From assembly GCA_038893355.1 (NCBI GenBank), contig JAWARQ010000003.1, positions 96,001 to 160,000 on the forward strand: 64,000 nucleotides of DNA, in the 5' to 3' direction. The number at the start of each line of letters is the position of its first letter. Position 1 is the stretch's first letter. This document shows positions 11,259 to 20,758 of the stretch, in pieces. Both the position numbers and the translations under genes were made by a program. Origin of the DNA: Sulfolobaceae archaeon (GTDB taxonomy: Archaea > Thermoproteota > Thermoprotei_A > Sulfolobales > Sulfolobaceae). The notes below the pieces were generated by a model. It had not been told where the DNA came from. It did no database searches and was given only the letters and a program-made list of their open reading frames with translations.

Positions 11259-11753
11259 GTGTCTGCTCCTAAACTTATAGTTACTGCTAAACCAGGGAAG
11301 ACTAGAAAATGTATAACTGAGATATTAAATGTGTTATTAAAACATGATCAAAACTCTAGTGTTGAAGAAGTAGTTAGTAACGTATTAATAGTGAATTCCT
11401 CTCTAGACGCTAATTTAGTTTATGGGATAATAATTTCACGACCGCCTAGTTGTATGAATAATATTTACCCTATTCATTTAATATTAGATTCTAATTCGGA
11501 AAAAACAATTATTAACTCTATTAAAGAATATTTTTTAAATAACTTTAAAGAAATTAAAAATATTTATTGTAGATGTTATGCTAGAAATGTTAAAGTAGAT
11601 TGTAGAGTTGTAGAAATAGGAGTTGGTATTGCTTTAAAAGATAATGTTATAATAAACTATAAAAAACCTGATATTATAATAATTGTAAATATAGTTCCAA
11701 ATCGTACTTTTATCTCCTTTATAAGAAAGGGGCAAGAAAAAGTTTCGGTTTAG
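11259..11753 (+). CDS. THUMP-domain RNA-binding protein
   Basis: C-terminal INYKKPDIIIIVNIV THUMP-like pattern; GTG start. Confidence 0.7.
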   Translation: MSAPKLIVTAKPGKTRKCITEILNVLLKHDQNSSVEEVVSNVLIVNSSLDANLVYGIIISRPPSCMNNIYPIHLILDSNSEKTIINSIKEYFLNNFKEIKNIYCRCYARNVKVDCRVVEIGVGIALKDNVIINYKKPDIIIIVNIVPNRTFISFIRKGQEKVSV

Positions 11754-11773
11754 TCTCTGGATAAGTTATATAA
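11741..11773 (+). promoter_or_regulatory. orc1-2 promoter: ANTTTC DNA-damage box (AGTTTC 11741-11746) and TATA (TTATATAA 11766-11773)
   Basis: The hexamer matches the ANTTTC motif described for UV-inducible Sulfolobus promoters and lies about 20 bp upstream of a TATA box. Confidence 0.55.
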
Positions 11774-11808
11774 TATTACCAATAAAGTTTAAGGTAGGGG
11801 CAAAAGTA

Positions 11809-13038
11809 ATGGTTTCGAATACTTTAGAAGAAATCTTCAAAGCCTCTTCAGTATTTAAAGATAAGTCTAAGTTGTCTCCAGATTACATCCCTGCAAATCT
11901 ACCTCATAGAGAGAACAAAATAAGAGAAATAGGTTTAGCATTTAGAGAAGTAATACTTAATCCAGGGAAAATTTCAGCAAGAGTAGTAATAGCAGGGAGA
12001 ACTGGTACTGGAAAAACGGCCGTTGCTAAAGTTTTTGGTTTAAAATTCACTGAAATTGCTAAGAGCAGAGGCATAAGGGTAGAATATATTCATTTAAATT
12101 GTCATAGAGATAGAACTTTATATTTATTAATATCAGAGGCTGCAATTCAACTAAAATTACCAATACCATTTCGTGGATTATCTTCACATGAAATACTAAA
12201 AGCAATTCATGAGTATTTAGAGCGTAGGAATTCTTACCTTATAATGACATTAGATGAATTTGATTATTTTCTAGATGCAGCGCCAGCTGATGATATTTAT
12301 TTTTTAGTTAGAATTTATGATGAATTACCATCCTTAATCCCTAGAATAAATTATATATTCATTGTAAGAGATTTAAGTAAAATTAGAACATTGGATCCGA
12401 TAGTCAGAGATCATATTGCAAGGCAAATTATAGAATTTCCACCATATAATAGTAATGAATTATACGATATACTACAAGATAGAGTACAATTAGCATTTAA
12501 TGAAAATACAGTATTAGAGGACGTTTTAAGATATATTGCAGATACCCATGGTTATGACAAGGGTGGTACAGGCAATGCAAGAGTTGCTATAGAAACTTTA
12601 GAGTTAGCAGGAGAAATTGCGGATAGATATGGTTCTCCGATAGTTACCTTAGAATATGCAAAGGAAGCTAACTCTAGACTAAACCCACATGTAACCGAAA
12701 TAATAGATAATATTAGATACTTAGAACTTCATTTACTTCTAATACTTAAAGCAATTATAAATATGATAAAGAGAAAAAATTCAGAATATATAACAATGGG
12801 AGAATTAGAAGAAGAGTATAATAGAATTTGTGAAGAATTAGGAGAGAATGCTAGGAGACATACTCAAGTGTACGAATATGTTAGAAGAATGAAACAAATA
12901 GGTATAATAAACTCAACCCAAAGCGGTAAAGGAATGAGAGGGAGAACAACCTTAATTTCACTTACAGTACCAATTAGTCCAGAATTAGAAGAGTTAATTA
13001 ACAAAGAAATAAGAGGTAGAATATCATCGAAAACTTAA
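11809..13038 (+). CDS. cdc6-2: Orc1/Cdc6 family protein (Orc1-2/Cdc6-2 by synteny with gins23-mcm)
   Basis: LSPDYIP..LPHRE, GRTGTGKT, LDEFD and GNAR motifs; C-terminal winged helix with GMRGRT. Confidence 0.92.
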   Translation: MVSNTLEEIFKASSVFKDKSKLSPDYIPANLPHRENKIREIGLAFREVILNPGKISARVVIAGRTGTGKTAVAKVFGLKFTEIAKSRGIRVEYIHLNCHRDRTLYLLISEAAIQLKLPIPFRGLSSHEILKAIHEYLERRNSYLIMTLDEFDYFLDAAPADDIYFLVRIYDELPSLIPRINYIFIVRDLSKIRTLDPIVRDHIARQIIEFPPYNSNELYDILQDRVQLAFNENTVLEDVLRYIADTHGYDKGGTGNARVAIETLELAGEIADRYGSPIVTLEYAKEANSRLNPHVTEIIDNIRYLELHLLLILKAIINMIKRKNSEYITMGELEEEYNRICEELGENARRHTQVYEYVRRMKQIGIINSTQSGKGMRGRTTLISLTVPISPELEELINKEIRGRISSKT

Positions 13039-13280
13039 TAAAGAGAAATAGGATAAAAATATTATTAATAGTATTACAAGAAGGTGAAATAAATATTTCA
13101 AAATTAGCTAAAATATCAAAGATAAATTATAAAACTTTAAGAAATGAAATCGAAATTCTTAAAAATAAAGGATATATTGACGTAATAAGTCTTGGTAGAT
13201 CAATAATAATACGGCCGAATCTATCTAATCCGAAACTCCTACTTATAAAAAATCTTTTAGAAGAATTAATGGAAATATAA
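13023..13280 (+). CDS. Winged-helix (ArsR-like) DNA-binding protein with non-canonical start, not in ORF track
   Basis: Stop-free frame IIENLIKRNRIKILLIVLQEGEINISKLAKISKINYKTLRNEIEILKNKGYIDVISLGRSIIIRPNLSNPKLLLIKNLLEELMEI*. It fills the gap between orc1-2 and moaC. SD-like GAGGT at 13013-13017; in-frame TAG at 13017. Confidence 0.75.
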   Translation: MIENLIKRNRIKILLIVLQEGEINISKLAKISKINYKTLRNEIEILKNKGYIDVISLGRSIIIRPNLSNPKLLLIKNLLEELMEI

Positions 13281-13284
13281 GTTT

Positions 13285-13755
13285 ATGATAAAAATTAGTG
13301 AATCTGGAACAGATTTAAAAGTTATAGATATATCAGAAAAAAGTGTCGTATATAGAGAAGCAATAGCCGAGGGATATATAGAATTAAAACCGGAAACCAT
13401 CGAGAGAATAATAAAGGGTGAAATAGAAAAGGGAAACGTAATACTAACTGCAAAACTTGCAGGTATACTTGCAGCTAAAAAAACCTCAGAGCTAATTCCA
13501 CTATGTCATCCTATAAATATAGAAAAAATAGATATAAAAGTAGAAGTTATTGATAATAAAGTAAAAGTAACGAGTATTGTATCAGCCCATTCAAAAACTG
13601 GAGTAGAAATGGAAGCGCTTACTGCCGTATCAATTGCATTACTAACTATCTGGGATATGGTGAAGAAATACGAGAAAGATGATACAGGGAACTACCCTAA
13701 CACAAAAATAACTAACATAAGAGTAGTTCTGAAGCAAAAGAAAGAGAGAGAGTAA
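13285..13755 (+). CDS. moaC: Cyclic pyranopterin monophosphate synthase
   Basis: AAKKTSELIPLCHP, TGVEMEALT and WDMVK motifs. Confidence 0.95.
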   Translation: MIKISESGTDLKVIDISEKSVVYREAIAEGYIELKPETIERIIKGEIEKGNVILTAKLAGILAAKKTSELIPLCHPINIEKIDIKVEVIDNKVKVTSIVSAHSKTGVEMEALTAVSIALLTIWDMVKKYEKDDTGNYPNTKITNIRVVLKQKKERE

Positions 13756-13756
13756 A

Positions 13757-15022
13757 TTAACTTTTCTTACTTTGTGAGAACGTACTAGAGATATTTTTTA
13801 GATATTCAATTTCAGCCGAAGTTAAGTTAAGACTCTTAATAATTTTCTCTTCATTTGAACGGTAGTACTGTACGAAAAACGGAATAACATCATTATTTAC
13901 TTTTCTTTTAGACGCATGAATTATTTTACCTATTCTCTCTAACAATCTATCCCTTCCTTCTCTTAAAGACTTTGTCCTTGCTAATTCTCTAACATATTGT
14001 GGAAACTGATACTTCTTCCATTTAGGCTTCCATCCTGGCTTGAATTTTCCACTCTCTGCAACTGCAATCCCTGGGCCCATAAGATCAAAAACATAACTTA
14101 ACAAATCCCATCCCACAAGCTTGGCTCTCGTTAAGAATATTGAAGCTCTAGATAGAGAATTATAAGCCTCTGCAATATCATATAAATTTTCATATTGAAG
14201 TGGAATATTCTCAGAAAACCATCTTAACAACAATTCGTAATCTATTTGAGATGAAGTAACTGCTGCTTTAGCTTGCCATGCATACTTAGCCCAAAATACA
14301 TTTCTTAATGTTTCAAAAGGATCTAGCTCCCTATCTTTTCGCCTTACTAGTGTTTTAACCAGTTCTAATGTAACTCTTCCATATCCTTCAGAAACTGCTT
14401 GTAGCATATTTATAGCATACCTTGCATCACCTTCACATTGTTCTACAATATAATCAATAGCTTCATCATCACACTTTATGCTTTCCTGATTACAAATCTT
14501 CTTTAATATTCGCTTTATTGCATATTTACCCAGTTGTGGTACTTGAATCATTTTAACAGCATTTCTTAATTCACTAAGCTTAGGATCCCATGGATCATTT
14601 GCAGCAAGAAGGACAGGATGTTTTGTATTATTTATCAGTTCTAGAATTGCTTCAATAGCACCTTCATCTGCCTTAACATTTATTCCATCTACTTCATCTA
14701 GAAATATTAATTTACTTTTTTTCCCAAATAAACTTCCACTATATGAAGCTCTTTGTGCTATATTCCTTATATCTTGTAATCTCCTTGAATCACTCGCGTT
14801 CATTTCAAGTAATTCCAATCCATAAGTCCTTGCTAATGCTTCAGCAAGAGTAGATTTTCCAACACCAGGGGGTCCATAGATTAATAAAGCCTTCGTAGTC
14901 GGCTTACCATTTAACCAAGATTCAATCCAATTCTTAAGCTCTTGTTTCACTTCTTCTTGATCCTCCACTTCATCTAAAAACTTTGGTCTATATTTTATTA
15001 CCCAACTTAATTTTCTATCCAC
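13757..15022 (-). CDS. rfcL: Replication factor C large subunit
   Basis: [21 protein letters not shown] and LDEVDG motifs. Confidence 0.93.
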   Translation of the reverse strand: MDRKLSWVIKYRPKFLDEVEDQEEVKQELKNWIESWLNGKPTTKALLIYGPPGVGKSTLAEALARTYGLELLEMNASDSRRLQDIRNIAQRASYSGSLFGKKSKLIFLDEVDGINVKADEGAIEAILELINNTKHPVLLAANDPWDPKLSELRNAVKMIQVPQLGKYAIKRILKKICNQESIKCDDEAIDYIVEQCEGDARYAINMLQAVSEGYGRVTLELVKTLVRRKDRELDPFETLRNVFWAKYAWQAKAAVTSSQIDYELLLRWFSENIPLQYENLYDIAEAYNSLSRASIFLTRAKLVGWDLLSYVFDLMGPGIAVAESGKFKPGWKPKWKKYQFPQYVRELARTKSLREGRDRLLERIGKIIHASKRKVNNDVIPFFVQYYRSNEEKIIKSLNLTSAEIEYLKNISSTFSQSKKS

Positions 15023-15040
15023 ATTTCCTCACTTTAAAAA

Positions 15041-16054
15041 TTATTTAGTATGAGTCTTAGCCTTTTCCTCAGCACCTTCCAGATACTTACTGCCTAAGAT
15101 TGCTATTTTAGCTAACATAGCACTTAATTGTATCTCATCATCTGCACCTTCCATCAATCTAAATTCGACTTCACCTACATAGTCAGTTAATATTACTCTT
15201 AACTCTTCTGGAATTTGTAACTCTGTAGACATCAATTCCCTATGAACCTGTTTTACAATATCTTCCCCAGAAAGCCCGTGCGTTATAAGTAAGCTTCTTA
15301 GCTTCTCTCTCGCTTGCAAAAATTTACCTTGTAATGCAAGGTTGAGCATCTCTCTAATTTCCTTTGGTTGTGCTAATCCTAAAACCTTATAAACAGACTC
15401 AACTGTTACTTTCCCATATATAGAGGCGGCTTGTAATAAATTAATTGCCTTTCTCATATCGCCTTGTGTAACATCATAAATTGTCTCTAACCCTTTCTGA
15501 TCATACTCTACTTTCTCATTCTTAGCAATCATCATTAATCTAGTGACTACATCCTCTTTTTTTAGTGGGTAAAACCTAAATAATGCAGTCCTTGATTGTA
15601 TCGGTTCTATTATCTTGCTTAAATAATTACAAGCAAGAATGAATCTAGTAGTAGATGTATACATCTCCATTATTCTTCTTAATGCTTGCTGAGCATCCGA
15701 GGTCATATTATCAGCTTCGTCAAGTAAAATCACTTTAAACGGTATATCTCCAGGTAAAACTAATCTAGCGAACTCCTTTACTTTCTCTCTTATAACATCA
15801 ATACCTCTCTCATCACTTGCATTAAGTTCTAAAAAATATTGTTTGTAATTCTCACCATATAATTCATATACTAAAGCTAAGGCTGCTGTTGTCTTTCCAG
15901 TACCAGGTGGTCCAGCAAATAATAAATGTGGCATATTTTTTTCCTCAACAAATTTCTTTAACCTTTCTACAATTTCCTTTTGATTTACAATATCAGATAA
16001 TCTTCTAGGCCTATATTTTTCAGCCCAAAGTATCTCTTCACTATATTTTGACAT
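15041..16054 (-). CDS. rfcS: Replication factor C small subunit
   Basis: WAEKYRP, GPPGTGKT, ELNASDERG, DEAD and IQSR motifs. Confidence 0.97.
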   Translation of the reverse strand: MSKYSEEILWAEKYRPRRLSDIVNQKEIVERLKKFVEEKNMPHLLFAGPPGTGKTTAALALVYELYGENYKQYFLELNASDERGIDVIREKVKEFARLVLPGDIPFKVILLDEADNMTSDAQQALRRIMEMYTSTTRFILACNYLSKIIEPIQSRTALFRFYPLKKEDVVTRLMMIAKNEKVEYDQKGLETIYDVTQGDMRKAINLLQAASIYGKVTVESVYKVLGLAQPKEIREMLNLALQGKFLQAREKLRSLLITHGLSGEDIVKQVHRELMSTELQIPEELRVILTDYVGEVEFRLMEGADDEIQLSAMLAKIAILGSKYLEGAEEKAKTHTK

Positions 16055-16081
16055 ATATTTATTTTAGGATCAAATACTATA

Positions 16082-16540
16082 TCACTTTTTCCCACTTCGC
16101 TTATAAGTTCCCATAACATATCCTTCATCAATTATATGACCTTTCATCATCTCTCTAAGCCTTTCTGCATTTATTTTAGAGTACATTGATAACTCTGTAT
16201 CTAATGCATAAACTCTAAAGAAATATCTATGTGCAGGATGCGTTCTTGGTGGACAAGGACCATTATAACCTATCTTCCCAAAATCATTTAATCCTTGTAT
16301 CCCAAAATCTGTTATTTCTTTTTTTGGGATATTTTCAGGTAAATAATTCGATTTTATATTATAAATTACCCAATGTATAAATATACCCATTGGTGCATCA
16401 GGATCCTCTACAATAATTGCATAAGTTTTAGCATTATTAACTGGAGACCATTGTAATGGCGGAGAAACATCTTCCCCGTCGCAAGTATACTTTACTGGTA
16501 TCGCTTCACCGTTTTTAAACGAACTACATTCAACTTTCAT
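16082..16540 (-). CDS. YbhB/YbcL (PEBP/RKIP-like) protein
   Basis: YTCDG..VSPPL, DPDAP, HWV, YNGPCPP and HRYFF motifs. Confidence 0.93.
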   Translation of the reverse strand: MKVECSSFKNGEAIPVKYTCDGEDVSPPLQWSPVNNAKTYAIIVEDPDAPMGIFIHWVIYNIKSNYLPENIPKKEITDFGIQGLNDFGKIGYNGPCPPRTHPAHRYFFRVYALDTELSMYSKINAERLREMMKGHIIDEGYVMGTYKRSGKK

Positions 16541-16563
16541 AATTAAATTATTATAAAAATTAC

Positions 16564-17181
16564 TTATAACCTTTTAGGTGGTGTAATATAATACTCCTCT
16601 TCCTTATGACCATTTTTAGTTATTTTTGCTACAATTACACCAGTACCAGTAAAAGAATCTCTTTTTATTGCAGACATTATAGCTCTTTTAGCCAGATCAG
16701 CCGCTTCATCAACGCTCATATCCTCTCTATATTCGTCTTCAATTACTCCAATAGCAACTGGAGAACCAGAACCAGTAGCTATGTATTTTTCCCTTGTAAT
16801 ATCGCCAAGATAGTCCAGATTGTATAATTGATAACCTTCACTTTCATCATATCCTCCAATTAATATTTGAACAATATATGGAAAATACTTTGATAAAGTT
16901 AAAATTGCGGAAAGATATGAGGCCAAGGCTTTAATAGTATATGGTCTCCCCACTATTTTATTATAATGATATAAGTTTTTTAAAATATCATAAATATATT
17001 GGAGGTCAGCTACACTTCCAGCTGTTGTTATTCCTATAGTATCCGTAATATAAAGTACCTTTCTAACATTCTTATGTGCTATATAAGTTCCAGCAGTAGC
17101 TCTTCTATCTCCAGCCAATACAACACCATCTTTTGCTAAAATACCTACAGTAGTAGTACCTTTCAAAGTTTTTATCTTCAT
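16564..17181 (-). CDS. psmB: Proteasome beta subunit
   Basis: Short propeptide followed by G|TTTVG; DRRAT, GSVAD, ATGSGS and RDSFTG motifs. Confidence 0.95.
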   Translation of the reverse strand: MKIKTLKGTTTVGILAKDGVVLAGDRRATAGTYIAHKNVRKVLYITDTIGITTAGSVADLQYIYDILKNLYHYNKIVGRPYTIKALASYLSAILTLSKYFPYIVQILIGGYDESEGYQLYNLDYLGDITREKYIATGSGSPVAIGVIEDEYREDMSVDEAADLAKRAIMSAIKRDSFTGTGVIVAKITKNGHKEEEYYITPPKRL

Positions 17182-17642
17182 ATTTACACCTAATTATAGA
17201 CTTAGAATCAGAGTTATTTGAGATTTATCTAAGACGAATTAGAAAACAAGATAATAATCTTGAATGTACTTTAAATATTTTTATTAAATTTATTAAAATA
17301 TTTATTCTATTAAATAGAATATTGAATTAACCAGCCATCATAATGCTTAGTAGTTTAAGGAAATTCCTATATAGGGCCTACGTGGCAATCTTAGCTGGCA
17401 TTATGCTTGAAGTTCAACCGAAAGGTTTATTGCTGAATGCCCTTACCATAAAAAATCATAATATTTGCTCATGAACTAATAAATACTTTTTACTCCCTTA
17501 TTTTATTGCTTACTAGGAAAAAGAAATCTCCAGTTAGTAAGAAGATTTTTCTTTTATGTTTTTAACGTAGTGTAAAAATGAAACGATTTTCCTATAAGTG
17601 CTAAATGCTAATATTTTTATGGTTTCTCAAGAATAGAAATAT

Positions 17643-18263
17643 ATGAATGCTAAAATAATTAAGTATACTGTTACTTCGAGTGAAATACCTCGTAAAAAAA
17701 ATGATGAAATTAAATTATTAAATTTATGTAAAGAAATTATAAATTATTTTGAGAAAAATATAAATAAAGCCGAAGTTGTAAAAATAGATATAGCGAGCTT
17801 ATTCGCAGCTAGTATACTTTCAAATAAAATGGTTAATGGTATTATAGAATCTATTTATGAATATATTTTAGGAAAGTGGAACGGAAAGCAATTTTCTGGT
17901 GATGTATCTGCAGTAATAGGGCAGAGTATAGGATTTGCTTTATTAGAGGCTTTATTTGACATACCTATTACCGAAATAATTCCCCTACGTAATATTAAGT
18001 ATCTAGGCTTAACTACTGACGCGATAATCGAAATAGAAAAATACGAAAAATTAAAGAAATTTTTGAATGTAGATAAAGGAGTATTATTTTTCAATTCTAG
18101 GGCAACCTCCTCTTTTAAGAAAAATTATATAATTGATAAATTAATGAAAAGTATTTTAAATATAGAGATTATGAGATATCCCTCACATTACGGTCTAATC
18201 TCCTACTCAGTACTTACTAATCAAGATCTATTAATCCTTCTTACACTAATTAAGCCTGAGTAG
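17643..18263 (+). CDS. Hypothetical protein, possibly a degenerate PD-(D/E)xK fold
   Basis: 206-aa ORF; VIGQSIG...TTD...FFNSRAT spacing resembles restriction-endonuclease-like motifs with substituted catalytic residues. Confidence 0.6.
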   Translation: MNAKIIKYTVTSSEIPRKKNDEIKLLNLCKEIINYFEKNINKAEVVKIDIASLFAASILSNKMVNGIIESIYEYILGKWNGKQFSGDVSAVIGQSIGFALLEALFDIPITEIIPLRNIKYLGLTTDAIIEIEKYEKLKKFLNVDKGVLFFNSRATSSFKKNYIIDKLMKSILNIEIMRYPSHYGLISYSVLTNQDLLILLTLIKPE

Positions 18264-18271
18264 GTGATATT

Positions 18272-18754
18272 ATGAATTGTGTGAAAGAACTACCAACACT
18301 TTACATTTATTCATGGATAGGAGATTCAAAACTTGTAAATTCAGCAGTTAGAGAATGCTTAAAGGATTATGATAATATAAAAGAAATTCAGAAGACTATA
18401 AGAGAGATTCTAATTAGCATCGATTCTGAGATAGAATTACCAAAGGCCCTCAGGGATAAGGGAATAACTTATGTAGAATTATTTAAATTAGGTTTATATA
18501 AAATTTTAAAATCTATCACTAAAAACCAGATAAGTCTGGAAACTGTAGAAGAAGGGAAATTAAAGTACAGTATAATAGATTTAGAGTATAAGAAAATAAT
18601 TAGAGGATTCTGTGGAGAATGTAAGGGAAAGAAGATAGGTACATTGAAAAGGTCTAATGGAATATTTATTCAGTACCAACAAATGATTTATGCAGAGATA
18701 TTTAGTAATGATATCAAAAATGGAATAAAAGAATTAATAGAAAATTTAGAATAA
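18272..18754 (+). CDS. Hypothetical protein (contains CGEC)
   Basis: GGTGA SD, 8 bp after the previous stop; probably co-transcribed. Confidence 0.65.
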   Translation: MNCVKELPTLYIYSWIGDSKLVNSAVRECLKDYDNIKEIQKTIREILISIDSEIELPKALRDKGITYVELFKLGLYKILKSITKNQISLETVEEGKLKYSIIDLEYKKIIRGFCGECKGKKIGTLKRSNGIFIQYQQMIYAEIFSNDIKNGIKELIENLE

Positions 18755-18806
18755 TTCAGCCCTTGTAAGCTTCATCACAGATCATGCAACGGCTCCTTCA
18801 TCATTC
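18754..18806 (-). ncRNA. Box C/D guide sRNA
   Basis: Minus strand: C ATGATGA - AGGAGCCGTTGC - D' ATGA - TCT - C' GTGATGA - AGCTTACAAGGG - D CTGA, with two 12-nt guides. Confidence 0.88.
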
Positions 18807-19946
18807 CCTTAGTCTTCTGGTCACTTCACTAATCACTTCTTTAGATATTCTCCTAGTCTGTTCTGGAAGCCCAATTCTTCTAGTAGTCTCAATTATACTC
18901 TGCATTCTTCTAGTAGTCTCAATTAAATCTATTCTTCGAGTAAATTCCGAAATCTCTTCTAATTTCTTTAATGTCTTAGTTGCCTCTACTAAATTTTGCA
19001 ACTGTACTTGCTCAGCGTATTTGATTAATAATTCATAGTAATTATATTCATAAATTAAATCTTTATTTATATTACTTAAAAAAGTTACAAGATCTTGAGT
19101 ATAACTTATGTTTACGCTCTCTTCTAACTTACGCTCATCTTCCATTACTGGATCATAGTATTTTATCATAACTTTAATTAAATTTCCATTGAATTTTGGC
19201 GGAATTATGACCTCACCTAAAATCCTTACAGTACTTTCGACAGCTCCTAACTTAATTGGTGGACCAGGGTAATTTAATATTTTTAACTTACTACTACTCA
19301 GTATGTCAACTTCTAAATTCTTAGCAGCAACTTCAGTAACTGCAGCCTTTGGCATCTTATCTTCTATTTCTTTCGGATCATTAATGTGATAATAAATTCC
19401 TCCTGACTTATCAGCTAAAAGTTTAAGTATATCCTCTCTGTATTCATCACCTACACCAAAAGAATATATTTGAATATTAGTAGGTAATTTTAATTTTTGA
19501 TAAGCCTCAAGACTAGTTTCATCAGTAGGCTCACCATCAGTTAGTAGTATATAAAACCCTGGTAAACCACACATTTCCGAAATTTCATTAGCTTCAATTA
19601 ATGCGTGATATAACGGTGTAGGACCGTCAGCCTTGAGGGTATCTATCAAATCATATTTAACATCAGATAAGTTCTGACACTCTATTAAGCGTTTTACTTC
19701 AGTTGAAAATGATATTAGTGAAACTTTATTATTTTTTGGAATTCTAGATAATAATTCTTTTGCAGATCTCTTTGCTATCTCTATTTTTAAACCTTTCATC
19801 GACCCACTATTATCAATTAGTACCACATAATGAAAACCTTTAGCAAGACTAACCTTTTCTGGTACTAGTAGTATCCTAAATACTCCCCTTATCTCCTCGT
19901 TATAAGACATACTATGTGATACTTCTAACTTTAAAGAAATAGTCAT
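18801..19946 (-). CDS. arnB: vWA-domain protein ArnB (archaellum regulatory network)
   Basis: DNSGSM MIDAS and LLTDGEPTD; Thr-rich C-terminal helices (ATKT, ETTRR x2, EQTRR, SEVTR); adjacent to the ZnF-FHA gene. Confidence 0.85.
   Translation of the reverse strand: MTISLKLEVSHSMSYNEEIRGVFRILLVPEKVSLAKGFHYVVLIDNSGSMKGLKIEIAKRSAKELLSRIPKNNKVSLISFSTEVKRLIECQNLSDVKYDLIDTLKADGPTPLYHALIEANEISEMCGLPGFYILLTDGEPTDETSLEAYQKLKLPTNIQIYSFGVGDEYREDILKLLADKSGGIYYHINDPKEIEDKMPKAAVTEVAAKNLEVDILSSSKLKILNYPGPPIKLGAVESTVRILGEVIIPPKFNGNLIKVMIKYYDPVMEDERKLEESVNISYTQDLVTFLSNINKDLIYEYNYYELLIKYAEQVQLQNLVEATKTLKKLEEISEFTRRIDLIETTRRMQSIIETTRRIGLPEQTRRISKEVISEVTRRLRE
18874..18925. repeat. 22-bp exact direct repeat within the arnB 3' end (IETTRR x2)
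   Basis: attcttctagtagtctcaatta at 18874-18895 and 18904-18925. Confidence 0.9.
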
Positions 19947-19962
19947 AAGTATGTACCCTAAT

Positions 19963-20526
19963 TTACTCCTTTATAATTTTTATAATAGTATTATTTCCTA
20001 ATTTAATTATTGTATTTTCTTTTATTTCTGTCCTTTGTTTAATTGGAACAAATTTTTCACCATCATATATATATGTCCCGTTAGTACTGTTCAGGTCCTC
20101 TAAATACAACTTCTCACCTTCCTTTGAAATGACTGAATGCCGTCTAGAAACTTCAGGATCTGGGATAATTATAACATTTTCAGGACTTCTTCCTATTGAA
20201 ATTTTAGGAAAATTCACTAAATCTAACGGTATTTTACCCCCAATAAGATTTTGGTTTGGTGTTGAAATTATTTGTAAATAATATTTACCCTCTAACTTTT
20301 TCTCTTCATGTACCTTAACCTCTTGTTGCTGAACCTGTGAGGGTTGTGTTAATGGCTGAGAAGAAGGAGGTGGTAAAACGTTTTGCTCTTGTTGGGCAGT
20401 GGAAGGTTGTTGAGGAGGATTAGAGGACGATTGCTGCTGAGTTTCTTGCTTTTTCACACCACAATTAATACAATAAATTGCATCGTCTTCATTACTCGTG
20501 CCACATACTGAGCATAACCATGGCAT
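19963..20526 (-). CDS. arnA: Zn-finger + FHA domain protein ArnA
   Basis: WLCSVCG...CINCG RanBP-type ZnF, Q/P-rich linker, and FHA motifs IGR, VSRRH, DLNSTNGT. Confidence 0.9.
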   Translation of the reverse strand: MPWLCSVCGTSNEDDAIYCINCGVKKQETQQQSSSNPPQQPSTAQQEQNVLPPPSSQPLTQPSQVQQQEVKVHEEKKLEGKYYLQIISTPNQNLIGGKIPLDLVNFPKISIGRSPENVIIIPDPEVSRRHSVISKEGEKLYLEDLNSTNGTYIYDGEKFVPIKQRTEIKENTIIKLGNNTIIKIIKE

Positions 20527-20758
20527 AGTTTTATAATACAAAAACGTACATATTAACTTTATTCATATAATATGAGTCCTACTCTTCTTAGAAATAATTT
20601 ATTTTAATATGATCTGGGATTAATACTCGATACATTAACACACTTTTGGTAAATTTTAAATTTGCTCTTAAGTTATGAAGAAATTTATGAGATATATTTA
20701 TATACCTTTTTGTATCTCTTAAAAATTTTTATAAAAATAATTATTAATTACTTTATTT

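Noticed and set aside
11754-11808. Replication origin next to the orc1/cdc6 gene
   Set aside because: Only about 55 bp intergenic with no ORB repeats or DUE; Orc1-2 is not origin-linked in Sulfolobales.
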